A DNA stretch of 64,000 nt, from positions 5,810 to 69,809 of the IMG/VR virus record IMGVR_UViG_3300009183_000083; one strand, given 5' to 3'. Origin of the DNA: a virus. The notes beneath the pieces are model-generated. The model was given only the letters and a program-made list of their open reading frames with translations, was not told where the DNA came from and did not search any database. Of the stretch, positions 7,787 to 17,379 are shown piece after piece. Each line of letters opens with the position of its first letter. The stretch's first letter is position 1. The position numbers and the translations under genes are program-made.

Positions 7787-7812
7787 AAGCAGTTTAACGA
7801 CCTACTCAGGTC
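7787..7812 (-). ncRNA. small H-type pseudoknot
   Basis: GACC-TGAGTA-GGTC-GTTAAAC-TGCTT; loop GAGTA can pair with TGCTT. Confidence 0.5.
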
Positions 7813-7818
7813 TTTTGA

Positions 7819-8094
7819 TTAACTGTAACGAGCGTTAATCTCTTCAATCCGCTTGCGGCCAGCGGCGAGGAACTCCTCCTCACGCTCAATAGCTGCCCAA
7901 GCCTCAACCTCAAGACGCTTGACATCTTCTGGTCTACTACCTAGCCAACCACATTCAATGGCGTGGTCTAGGCGGCGAGCAGCAGCGTGCGCTTCTTCAC
8001 GAAGCCTGCGCTCCTTCTCTGCTACGCCACTGTTGGCGTAACGACGTGACGCAAGGCTGTCTCCTCCGTATGCGTATCCTGATAGTCTTCTCAT
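7819..8094 (-). CDS. first early gene, hypothetical charged helical protein
   Basis: 91-aa ORF with an ACAC-rich leader. Confidence 0.65.
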   Translation of the reverse strand: MRRLSGYAYGGDSLASRRYANSGVAEKERRLREEAHAAARRLDHAIECGWLGSRPEDVKRLEVEAWAAIEREEEFLAAGRKRIEEINARYS

Positions 8095-8483
8095 AGTAGT
8101 GTGTGTTGTGTGTTGTTCAAGCAGTGTGCTGCGTAGGTGCAGGCACAGTGCAAGGTGGTATAGATCACACTATCAATGAGTACGTACAGGCTGCTGAGGG
8201 GCCACGGGTGGGTCACCTGCTCCCCTACTGCTGCACACCTAGCTGGAGTACAGTATGGGTTCCTCGTGGAATTATTTTTATTTCTTGAAAATAAAACAAA
8301 ACAAAATAAAAAAATAAAAAACAAATAAGATGAGAGGTAAGGTATCGAACAAGAGTCGTATTTTGTGTTGTGGATTATTTTGGGATGGTCATTGTGTTGA
8401 GGTTTGTCCGAGATGTGGGAGGGATTTGTGGGGGATAGGAGTTAAAGGATTGAGTGTTGACAATAAAGTGTTGGGAGTATTAA

Positions 8484-9221
8484 GTGAAGGGCATGGGAAG
8501 CAAAGTGGATTTGACGAAGGTGGCGCCGTGGCCTCCTAAGCCAGTATTGGCACAAAATGTTTCGATGATTAAGAAGCGGTTGTCTGGTAAGGGGAATGCG
8601 CCTGACGCTGGTTCAGAGGAGGAGGATTCGGGGTTTGTTGCGCAGGCGCATGAGAAGGTGAATGATGTTGATTCTATTGTTTCTAATGCTGGGGCAGCGG
8701 CGTCGATTGCTGACAGGGCATTGAAGTATGCGTCGCCTAAGTTAGGGGCTGTTGCAAGTGGGCTAGGAAAGGGGAACCAAGCTCTTTCTTATGCCCGTGC
8801 TGCTATTGATGCTGGTCGGCTATTAACAGACCAAGATCATTGGGAGAACACGCAGGAGGAGGGTGCTGATGGCAGTGTCTCTCCTATTGAGTTTGGAATG
8901 AATGCTGTAGATATAGGACAGCTTCCCACTACGGTTGTTCGCGCTACTGGTATGGTTGGAGGGATCATGGATGCCAACCGAGAGGCTGGAGAGGCATTAG
9001 CGATGAAAGACCAACAAGATAAGTTGATGGGTATTTATCAAAAGAAGAAAGAACGTAATCCATTGACGTATGGTGCAGGAGGCTCATCTGATGTTCCTCC
9101 TGTTGATCCAGAGAGAGAGCGTCAAATTCAAGCTGCAAAAGAAGCCTTTGAGGATCAAAACCTTGAAGGGATGACAATGGAATTGGTTCGTAACATTATC
9201 CGTGGTAATCAGCCAAGTTAA
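8484..9221 (+). CDS. hypothetical protein upstream of terminase
   Basis: 245-aa ORF abutting terL; TTGACA at 8457. Confidence 0.7.
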   Translation: MKGMGSKVDLTKVAPWPPKPVLAQNVSMIKKRLSGKGNAPDAGSEEEDSGFVAQAHEKVNDVDSIVSNAGAAASIADRALKYASPKLGAVASGLGKGNQALSYARAAIDAGRLLTDQDHWENTQEEGADGSVSPIEFGMNAVDIGQLPTTVVRATGMVGGIMDANREAGEALAMKDQQDKLMGIYQKKKERNPLTYGAGGSSDVPPVDPERERQIQAAKEAFEDQNLEGMTMELVRNIIRGNQPS

Positions 9222-9226
9222 GATTT

Positions 9227-11011
9227 ATGATTAAAGATAAAGGGTTTATTGTTGGTGGGATGGAGTTCCCGCATGGAGCAAGCGAGTTGTCTTGTAATTT
9301 GTGGATGTTTTCTCAGGGAGTGAGAAAGGGGGATGGGAGTGAAGTTATGGCAAACGATCGTTTTGTTTTTTTAAAGAAAGCAATTGATTTAGCGTTTAAT
9401 TGTGAAGGAAGTATTCGCACTGTTGTATGGAATCCTTGGACAGAGTTGATATTAAAAGAAATGATTGGGGGGTGGAAAAAGAAGCGGTTTGTTGGTTTTG
9501 CTGGATGTTCTTCTTCAGGCAAGTCTGATGCAGTGGCTCTTTATGGATTGATGGAGTATTGGGCTCGTCCTACCGAGACATTCTTTTTGGTGATGTCTAC
9601 GACTAAGTTGAGTGCTCGTATGCGTGTTTGGAAGTCAATTACGCAGTTGTGGGGGCAAGCAGAAACTCAAGGTTGTCCAGGAAAGTTAATTGATTCAGAC
9701 GGCTACATTAAAGGAATTAATGCTAATGGTAAGTTGTGGCGCAACTCTGGTATTGTCTTGATGGCTGCTGGAACGCAAGATGCAGAGCAGGCTTGCAAGG
9801 ACTTGCTAGGAATTAAAAACCCTAATGTTATTATTGGAGCAGACGAGTTTAATGAGCTTGGAGAGGGAATCCTTAAGACAGCTTATGAAAATATGACCTC
9901 AAATGATAGGTTGACGTTTGCAGGTATGGCTAACCCCGATAAGCTTACTGACCCTTTTGCAAATCTGTGTGAACCAATTAATGGCTGGAAGTCAGTCAAT
10001 GAAAATGAGGAACGTTGGGAGACTAAATATGGGGCGTGTGTGAGACTGAATGCTGAGAAAAGCCCAAGAATTATGTTTCCTGATTTAGTGGATCATAATG
10101 AAAAACACTTGTATCATTGGCAACCAGACCAAGAGTATTGTGATCGGATTGCTGAGAATCGAGGCGGCATTAAAAGCCGAGGTTACTATCGTTTTGTAAA
10201 AGCATTCTGGTGTCCTGATGGGTCGACTAATTCAATTTATTCAGAAGTTGAGTTTATGAACTCAGGAGCATTGGACCAAGATGAACCAGCTTGGGATTGC
10301 GCCCCTATTGTTGTGAGTTCGTTGGACCCCTCATTCAGTCGTGGAGGAGATAGAAGTTTTTGTTGCTTGATGAAAGCTGGATTAGTAAATGGCAAAACTC
10401 ACGCTCATGTTTGTTATGAAACAAGCATTGATGAAGACATGCAGGACAAGAGTGTTGCGCTTACGCATCAAATAGTAAGAGGTTGGAAGACGTTGAGTGA
10501 GGAATGGGGAGTTAAGCCTTTCCGAGCCATTCATGACAATACGGGAGCAGGAACACCGTTTGGTCATGTTGTTGATATGGAATGGTCAACCTCTGTACAA
10601 AAAATAAACTTCCAAGGAAAGAGTTCTGGAAGGACAGTTATATTTAGAAATGAAGACTGTGATTACTTTAATAAAAACTCTGAATTATGGATTCAGCCAA
10701 AAGAATTTTTTCGTGAGGGACAGATTAGTGGCTTATCAAAAGAAACAATGTCCGAGTTAGTTGATCGAGAGTATCACAAAAAAGAAGGTCGGACAATGCG
10801 GGTGGAGGGCAAAGATGAGGCTAAGAAGCGTTTAAAAAAAAGTCCCGATAGAGCTGACGCTTTCTTGCTTTGCATTGAAAAACTCATAACAATAAATATG
10901 TTGAAGAGTGAAGAAGTTAAAAAAGTTTCCAAAACAATAAACAATGGATGGCTTGATTTAGTTCAAAAATTTGGAATAAATACAAATGTTGGAAAAAAAT
11001 TTAAGAGATAG
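9227..11011 (+). CDS. terL: terminase large subunit
   Basis: Walker A AGCSSSGKS, Walker B IIGADEF, GMANP, RNase H-like SLDPSF..GGD and SPDRADA. Confidence 0.92.
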   Translation: MIKDKGFIVGGMEFPHGASELSCNLWMFSQGVRKGDGSEVMANDRFVFLKKAIDLAFNCEGSIRTVVWNPWTELILKEMIGGWKKKRFVGFAGCSSSGKSDAVALYGLMEYWARPTETFFLVMSTTKLSARMRVWKSITQLWGQAETQGCPGKLIDSDGYIKGINANGKLWRNSGIVLMAAGTQDAEQACKDLLGIKNPNVIIGADEFNELGEGILKTAYENMTSNDRLTFAGMANPDKLTDPFANLCEPINGWKSVNENEERWETKYGACVRLNAEKSPRIMFPDLVDHNEKHLYHWQPDQEYCDRIAENRGGIKSRGYYRFVKAFWCPDGSTNSIYSEVEFMNSGALDQDEPAWDCAPIVVSSLDPSFSRGGDRSFCCLMKAGLVNGKTHAHVCYETSIDEDMQDKSVALTHQIVRGWKTLSEEWGVKPFRAIHDNTGAGTPFGHVVDMEWSTSVQKINFQGKSSGRTVIFRNEDCDYFNKNSELWIQPKEFFREGQISGLSKETMSELVDREYHKKEGRTMRVEGKDEAKKRLKKSPDRADAFLLCIEKLITINMLKSEEVKKVSKTINNGWLDLVQKFGINTNVGKKFKR

Positions 11012-11047
11012 TCTTGACAATCTTATAAAAGTAGAAGAAAAGATTTT

Positions 11048-11338
11048 ATGCAGAAATTAACAATTACGGCAACTGGAACATATCTTATTGATGCGGTTCC
11101 TGGGCGCACTACCTACATTGCTTCGTCAGGTACCATTAATGCCACCGTACAGTATCTGACGGCTCCTGGTGTTTATCAGGCAATGGGAACGCCTCCAACA
11201 CTAACTAACTCCACTCAAATTCCTGTTGTAAATTATGGCGCACATTCGGAACTTGCCATTGTGGTTACAGCAGTTACTGGCTCAGCAATTATTATTGCTA
11301 ATCCAGCAGCTCTTCAAGAACGCGGTCGCGTACATTAA
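11048..11338 (+). CDS. small beta-rich structural protein
   Basis: 96-aa ORF between terL and portal. Confidence 0.6.
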   Translation: MQKLTITATGTYLIDAVPGRTTYIASSGTINATVQYLTAPGVYQAMGTPPTLTNSTQIPVVNYGAHSELAIVVTAVTGSAIIIANPAALQERGRVH

Positions 11339-11356
11339 TTTAGCCAAGCTAAAACC

Positions 11357-13684
11357 ATGCCATTAAGTCTTTTTCGTGACTCAGAGCAGTACCTAGATAG
11401 CCTAAAAACTCTTGATGCGGAAACGTATGAAGCCCCATCAGAACGCTTAGGAAGCCCATCAGCTCTTCGTAATAGCTACCTGACGCTAAAGGAAGCAGAC
11501 AATGACAGTAGCTTTAATAGGGCCTTAGTGGATGGTTTAATGGATTACACCCCGCCTCACGATGATGGCGAGTTGGAAAACAAAGGACAGTCTGATCGCT
11601 TCAACATTACAACAGGTGAAGGAGCTGCTATTCTTAATGAAGCTGTTGCGGCATACGTTGACATTTACACCACTCCTAAGATATTAGCTGAAATTCCCTT
11701 ACTCCCTGAAGTTGATAAGCAGCAAGCATTAACTTGGAGCCAGATTATGGCAGAGGAGTACACGGAAATGGATAGGAGTCACGACGGCTCTTTACCATTA
11801 CATCTACAATTAGCCACAACTTACGTTAAACATGGCGTTGCAGTTCCTTATTTTGATGACAAAGAAACCATGCAGTATTCTGTAGGTGGACTTGATCATT
11901 TCAAGTTTCCACGCAAAACAGGAATTATTAGTTCTGAAGTTGAATTAGCTACGGCACTTGGATCTTATGGTGTGACACGCCTTTACAGTAAGATTGGTGG
12001 TGAAGGATGGAATGAGGATGCAGTTAAAAAAGCTATCCTTGAAGCCACAACATCTTACAACGAGAAATGGAACAACTGGGAAGAAGCACAACGTCAAATT
12101 AAAGCTAATGAAATTTATATTGATACTGTTTGCGAAGAAGTTGAAGTGATCCATGGCTGGGTCCGCGAGTTTGATGGATCAATTAGTTATTACATTGCAG
12201 CAAAAGAGGCTCTGTCAGATAACAACAATAATAAAGAGGAGTTTTTATTTAAGGCTCGTGGTTTTTACGAAAGCGTTGACCAAGCATTTCAGATTTTCCC
12301 CTTCTCAGTTGGCAATGGTAGCCGTTTGTACACAGTGCGTGGACTAGGGTATTTGATTTATCAGCTTTGCAATGCAGCTGATATTCTCCATTGTAAGCTT
12401 TTAGATAATGCTCGTGTTGGTTCTTCTCTTATCTTGCAGCCTGCGTCTACAGAAGACCAGCAAGACATGATGCTCCATGACATTGGAGCAGCTATTATGC
12501 TTCCTCCGACAATGAAGATTCCTGAACGTCAAATCGGGATGAATCTTAACAACTCTCTTATCCCAGCAATCACAGAAACTCGTAATATCTTAAATCGAGC
12601 AACTGGAGGATTAGCCTCGGGTAACATGATGCTGAATGATGAAAATTCACGTCAGACTAAGTTAGAAGTTTCCAGCAAACTAGACTTTATTAATAAACTC
12701 AATAGTTTTGCTGTCACTTTGTTTTATGGACCATATGACAAAATCACTAGGGAAAAAGTAAGGCGAGCATTTACAGTGCGTCAAAAAGATAGCGCTGCCG
12801 CCAAGCGAGTTAAAGAGATGAAAGATCGTTGCATTGCTCGTGGAGTTCCTCCAGAGGTTTTCAAGCAAATTGATTTCAAACGTGTTAAAGCCACTCGTAT
12901 TATTGGGACAGGTTCTCGCTCGTCTCGCATCATGTTGATGGAACAACTCCGTGAGGGCTATTCAACATGGGATGCAGTAGGAAGAAAGAACTACGATTAT
13001 GACAGAGCCATGATGCTTGCTGGAGTTGAGATAGCAGATCGTTACGTTGGAAAAGCAAATGAAGTTCGTAAAACTTATGATGATTCTATTGCTAAACTGG
13101 AAAACTTCCAGCTTCTTGAAGGTGATTACATGGACCCAACGGATGGTCAGATTCACATGGTGCATTTGCCAATCCACATTGAGCCACTAGAGCAGGGTCT
13201 TAAGTCTGTAGATGAAGGGGAAATTGATTTGATGCAATGGACAATGGAGCACCAAATGCTTTACAACCATTGTGTTGCTACACTTGAAATGACAGTGGTT
13301 CACGAAAGTGTCCAGCCTGAGCTTAACATGCTTAATCAGAAAGTTCAACAGATCGGAGAGATTGTTGTTAATGGACTTAAGATGATAAATAAAGCAAGCA
13401 GAGAAGGAGAGATGGCTCCTCAACAAGAAGGAGAAGGGAAACAAGAAATGTCTGAGGACCAAAAATTGCAGCAGAAGACGCAACAAGAAATGCAAGCTTC
13501 GGATGCTAAGCACAAACAAAAAGTTGGTCAAGAGATGGAAATAGGTTTGCTGCGCCTTAAACAAATTAAACAAGCTGGAGAAGCAAAGATGGTTGCGCAA
13601 GCTCAATCTGCAATGGCAGGTATGGTTACAAAAGATGCAGAGGCCAAAGCTAAGCTTCAGCGCGCTATGTCAACAATGTCTTAA
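11357..13684 (+). CDS. portal protein
   Basis: 775 aa, follows terL, helical with Q-rich coiled-coil C-terminus typical of podovirus portals. Confidence 0.8.
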   Translation: MPLSLFRDSEQYLDSLKTLDAETYEAPSERLGSPSALRNSYLTLKEADNDSSFNRALVDGLMDYTPPHDDGELENKGQSDRFNITTGEGAAILNEAVAAYVDIYTTPKILAEIPLLPEVDKQQALTWSQIMAEEYTEMDRSHDGSLPLHLQLATTYVKHGVAVPYFDDKETMQYSVGGLDHFKFPRKTGIISSEVELATALGSYGVTRLYSKIGGEGWNEDAVKKAILEATTSYNEKWNNWEEAQRQIKANEIYIDTVCEEVEVIHGWVREFDGSISYYIAAKEALSDNNNNKEEFLFKARGFYESVDQAFQIFPFSVGNGSRLYTVRGLGYLIYQLCNAADILHCKLLDNARVGSSLILQPASTEDQQDMMLHDIGAAIMLPPTMKIPERQIGMNLNNSLIPAITETRNILNRATGGLASGNMMLNDENSRQTKLEVSSKLDFINKLNSFAVTLFYGPYDKITREKVRRAFTVRQKDSAAAKRVKEMKDRCIARGVPPEVFKQIDFKRVKATRIIGTGSRSSRIMLMEQLREGYSTWDAVGRKNYDYDRAMMLAGVEIADRYVGKANEVRKTYDDSIAKLENFQLLEGDYMDPTDGQIHMVHLPIHIEPLEQGLKSVDEGEIDLMQWTMEHQMLYNHCVATLEMTVVHESVQPELNMLNQKVQQIGEIVVNGLKMINKASREGEMAPQQEGEGKQEMSEDQKLQQKTQQEMQASDAKHKQKVGQEMEIGLLRLKQIKQAGEAKMVAQAQSAMAGMVTKDAEAKAKLQRAMSTMS

Positions 13685-13704
13685 CATTTGTTCAGTTAAT
13701 ATTT

Positions 13705-13965
13705 ATGAAAACACTACTAAGTAAAGAAGAGCAGGTAGAACTGCGTCAAATGGTTGACAGTAACACAATGCAAAAAGCATTCATGGAAGCGCTAGGTGAT
13801 GTGTACAAAGAGCAGAGTGGGTCTTCCACGCTTGAAGGTTGTGCGATGAGTTACAGCGTAAATGAAGGAGCAAGAAGCGTCCTTAATAAGCTTATGCTGT
13901 TGTCTGAATCAAAAAAAGAAGTCAGTATTCCAAATACCCGTCGCCTTCGCACAATTAAAAACTAA
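13705..13965 (+). CDS. small head-assembly protein
   Basis: 86-aa ORF between portal and scaffold. Confidence 0.65.
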   Translation: MKTLLSKEEQVELRQMVDSNTMQKAFMEALGDVYKEQSGSSTLEGCAMSYSVNEGARSVLNKLMLLSESKKEVSIPNTRRLRTIKN

Positions 13966-13989
13966 TCTCTAGAAACACACACTAAAAAA

Positions 13990-15204
13990 ATGAGCACTGA
14001 AAACACAACGCCACCAACAGAACTTAAGGCTGAAAACTGGGGTGATCCTAAAATTGATATGATGAAAGCAATGGATGAGTTCTTTGATGGACCATCTAAA
14101 GTTGAGCCTGTTGCTGAACAAATACCAGAAGTAAAGATTGATGCAGCGCCGCCTGTTTCAACGCCTCCAGTTGAAGTTGAAAGCACACCAGAACCAACTT
14201 CAATTATTGAAGAAGAGTTTTTTCCTGATGCTGACAAAGCGCCAAAAGAATCAAAGCCTGAATTAAAAGAAGGTGATTTTGATGAGGACGCTTATGACAA
14301 GCAGACAGAAGAAGAGGTAAAAGGAATGGATTTAAAGGCAGGAGATAAGTTTCGCGCACTTAAAGCGGAACTTAAAGCTGCAAAGCAACAAACAGTTACG
14401 CCTGAAATCCAAGCCAAACTTGAACAACTTGAAATCAAGGCTCAAGAAGCAGAAGGACTTCGTCTTCGTATTGCTGAAATTAGTTCGCAATCTGCAAAAC
14501 TACAGGTTGAAAACGAAGAGATTTACCAAAAAGAAATTGTTGAACCAGCAGCAGATATCTTTTCAAATGCAGATCGGCTTTCTGATACCGTTGGTTTAGA
14601 TCCAAACATCTTAAGATCCATCATTAAAGAGCGTGATCTTGAGGTTCAAGAGCAATTGATGGAAGAGCACTTTGGTTCTAAGTCGCTTCTTATTCAGTCA
14701 AAAGTAGCGACAATGGCAGAAGGGTTTAATTCTTTAATTGTTAAACGCGAAAGGTTGTTAGCTAATGCGGAAAAAACTATTGAAAGAAGCAATGTGGAAC
14801 GCATTGAAAAATCAAATAGATTGCTTGAGGAACAACACAAAGCAGTTCAAGTTTACCAAAAAAAATACTGGGATAAATACAAGCAATACTTTCCTGGATT
14901 TGTTGAGGACGGAGTTGACACTCCTACAATGAAGAAGCTCATGTCTAAAGGTTTATCTATTGACTTTGGATTGGCTAGAGCTGAAGACCAAGGTTTTGCG
15001 GCTTTTGCTAGTGCATCGCTCCCACACGCGCTTGATCAGATTGCTGTGCTAAAAAAACGTCTTAGTGTGTATGAAAAAGATGATAGCAAAGCTGTTCAAC
15101 AAGGAACAAGTGCTGGAAAGTCAGTTACCTCTACTCCGTCTGAAGGCGCTGCTCCTAAAGACTTTATGGAAATGATGAACTCAGATTATGCGTTCACTCA
15201 TTAA
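13990..15204 (+). CDS. capsid scaffolding protein
   Basis: acidic P/E-rich N-terminus, coiled coil, directly upstream of the capsid gene. Confidence 0.7.
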   Translation: MSTENTTPPTELKAENWGDPKIDMMKAMDEFFDGPSKVEPVAEQIPEVKIDAAPPVSTPPVEVESTPEPTSIIEEEFFPDADKAPKESKPELKEGDFDEDAYDKQTEEEVKGMDLKAGDKFRALKAELKAAKQQTVTPEIQAKLEQLEIKAQEAEGLRLRIAEISSQSAKLQVENEEIYQKEIVEPAADIFSNADRLSDTVGLDPNILRSIIKERDLEVQEQLMEEHFGSKSLLIQSKVATMAEGFNSLIVKRERLLANAEKTIERSNVERIEKSNRLLEEQHKAVQVYQKKYWDKYKQYFPGFVEDGVDTPTMKKLMSKGLSIDFGLARAEDQGFAAFASASLPHALDQIAVLKKRLSVYEKDDSKAVQQGTSAGKSVTSTPSEGAAPKDFMEMMNSDYAFTH

Positions 15205-15241
15205 CTGGTTTAAAAATATTAATATTTATTTAAATTAATTG

Positions 15242-15269
15242 TTGACTCTTGCTAAGATTGTGGTAAAAA
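15242..15269 (+). promoter_or_regulatory. sigma70-like promoter for the capsid gene
   Basis: TTGACT-16 nt-TAAAAA with extended TG, followed by a 12-bp hairpin at 15271-15304. Confidence 0.45.
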
Positions 15270-15460
15270 CCTTTTGAACTCAATAACTAAGCGAGTTCAA
15301 AAGGAAGTCTTAGTTCGGCCGCTCGTCCGTCATCAGTTCTAGAAAGCATCCGTTGAGCATCACGCATTTATGCGTAGCTCTGTTTTCCATTCTGGCATAA
15401 ACAATAAAGCAAGCATGCTTTAGCCTGACTAAAAATAAACTTTAATAACAAACCAAAATT

Positions 15461-16954
15461 ATGGCATATACAGTAACAGACCTCATGGTGCAACAAGCAC
15501 CTCAAATCGGACCATTGATCAATCAAAAGATGATGGCTCGACCAACCCCTTGGATCACCCTCGGACGCAAGGAAACTTGGGCTGATGAAATGTCCAGCAA
15601 ACAAAAGACCATGCAATTTGACCGCGCTATGCTGTCTGAAACGGGTCTAGCTGCCGATCTCGTCGAAGAAGTAGACTGGGCTGATGTTGCAACCGACGTT
15701 GGCCTTAACGACTCGGAAGCAAACCACCTTACTGGTACTGGAGATGGACTCCCTCCTGCCGATACCGTAACCTTCACGGAAACCCTCCGTGACTATCGTC
15801 TGCAACATAAAGCAGTTTGGGGACCACCAATGAACACCAACAATTTGCGCGACAAGTTTATGCGTGTTAAACAAATGGGTGCTTGCGTTGAAGCTCTTGC
15901 TGACCAAGGTCGTGAGCTTCAAATCAATCGTGGCCGCAGCGAATACACCCGTGTTGCTGACAAGCTTGTTGTTCTAGACTCAGGTTTCAACTTGAACAAC
16001 AGTTTTTATGGAAATGTTGCATTTCCTATTCCAACAGGAACGGACTCGTCCATCCTTACCAATGAGTTCACCGACATGATCTACGAATACCTCAACCATC
16101 AAGGTGGAGGAGCTGGTTCTCTCGGTGAAGCTGGAGGCAGTTCTAGCTACTCTCTAATCACTTCGCCTCGTTCGTCTCGCCGTCTTGTTACAGCTGACCC
16201 AGAACGTCGTGAGGACTTCCGTTATAGCTCGCAAAACGAGTATTTGCTCAAGTCAATGGGTCAAAAAATCAGTTACAACGGGTTTGTCCACACTTGTGAC
16301 GAGAAAACTAATCGTTGGGAACAAAGTTCTTCAGGCCAGTTTTCTATTGCTACTGCACTTGCTGGTGCTGTAGGAGTTGTAACTTACAGCAGCGCGCCAT
16401 ACATTCCATATAAAGGAAGCACCATTCGTATCAATTCAATTGACTACGTTGTTTCGAAGCGCCTTACTCAGAGTGGCACTACTACCTTTGCTGGAACACT
16501 TAATGTAAAGCGAGCAGACGGCACCGCTCCGGCTATTACTTCCGTTGCGTTGGCTGCTTGCGCAGCTTGGTATGTCGTGCCTCAGTTTTACGTTGCTACA
16601 ACTGGACTCACAGGCGATGGCACTACAAAGCTAAAGCGTGTTCCTAATCCAAACTGGCTCACTGCCACATGGGAAGACACTTACATCTATCACCAAGGTG
16701 TTTGCACTACGTTTGTTCCAAAAGCAATCACTTCAGTTGGTCAAGCCACATTTGATCCAGTAAACTACGCAGGAACTTATCGTTGGACTAACTATGAGCA
16801 TAAAGATGACAATCCAGACGGCTCGATCGGTCAATTCCGTGGAGTTTGGTCAAACGGAACTCGTCCAGACAGTCCTGAGTTTGGTGTTGTTATTCGTCAC
16901 CTAGCCGTAGCATTCCCAGATGGACGCATCATTGATGGCAGTTCGCTTGGCTAA
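15461..16954 (+). CDS. major capsid protein
   Basis: 497 aa after the scaffold, biased codon usage, strong terminator downstream. Confidence 0.8.
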   Translation: MAYTVTDLMVQQAPQIGPLINQKMMARPTPWITLGRKETWADEMSSKQKTMQFDRAMLSETGLAADLVEEVDWADVATDVGLNDSEANHLTGTGDGLPPADTVTFTETLRDYRLQHKAVWGPPMNTNNLRDKFMRVKQMGACVEALADQGRELQINRGRSEYTRVADKLVVLDSGFNLNNSFYGNVAFPIPTGTDSSILTNEFTDMIYEYLNHQGGGAGSLGEAGGSSSYSLITSPRSSRRLVTADPERREDFRYSSQNEYLLKSMGQKISYNGFVHTCDEKTNRWEQSSSGQFSIATALAGAVGVVTYSSAPYIPYKGSTIRINSIDYVVSKRLTQSGTTTFAGTLNVKRADGTAPAITSVALAACAAWYVVPQFYVATTGLTGDGTTKLKRVPNPNWLTATWEDTYIYHQGVCTTFVPKAITSVGQATFDPVNYAGTYRWTNYEHKDDNPDGSIGQFRGVWSNGTRPDSPEFGVVIRHLAVAFPDGRIIDGSSLG

Positions 16955-16969
16955 ACAGTAGTGTGTTAT

Positions 16970-17006
16970 CCCCGGTCTAGACGCCCATCTGGGCCGGGGT
17001 TTTTTT
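16970..17006 (+). terminator. intrinsic terminator
   Basis: CCCCGGTCTAGA...TCTGGGCCGGGG followed by T7. Confidence 0.85.
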
Positions 17007-17028
17007 AACGGGTTTATTTAAAAACATT

Positions 17029-17313
17029 ATGAAACAAGTTATTTTACCACTTACTACTTATAATAAAAAGATTAGTGCTATTACGGCATCTGCAACTTTG
17101 ACTCGCAAAGTGACAACGTCTGCTGGAGCTAACACTGTTACCCTTCCTTCTGCTAAAGGCAAAAAGAAAGAGTTTACAGTTATTTCCACCAGTAACACAG
17201 CAATATTTGCTGTTGTGTCTCCTGACACGTTTGTTGGGCTCACAACTGTTGGCGTAAGTACTTCTGGTACTTGCAGAGCTATTGGCGGCGTCTGGTATCG
17301 TACAGCGACGTAA
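17029..17313 (+). CDS. small virion (decoration-like) protein
   Basis: T/A/S-rich, TVTLPSA motif. Confidence 0.6.
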   Translation: MKQVILPLTTYNKKISAITASATLTRKVTTSAGANTVTLPSAKGKKKEFTVISTSNTAIFAVVSPDTFVGLTTVGVSTSGTCRAIGGVWYRTAT

Positions 17314-17322
17314 TCTTAATCA

Positions 17323-17357
17323 GGAGTCCTTACGTGAATGCGTAGGGACTCCCTTTT
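17323..17357 (+). terminator. intrinsic terminator
   Basis: GGAGTCCTTACG...CGTAGGGACTCC followed by T-runs. Confidence 0.7.
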
Positions 17358-17379
17358 GTCTTTTTAGTCAGGCTAAGTT

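Noticed and set aside
8091-8539. ORFs 8091-8324, 8103-8288 and 8330-8539
   Set aside because: low-complexity translations of the skewed divergent control region
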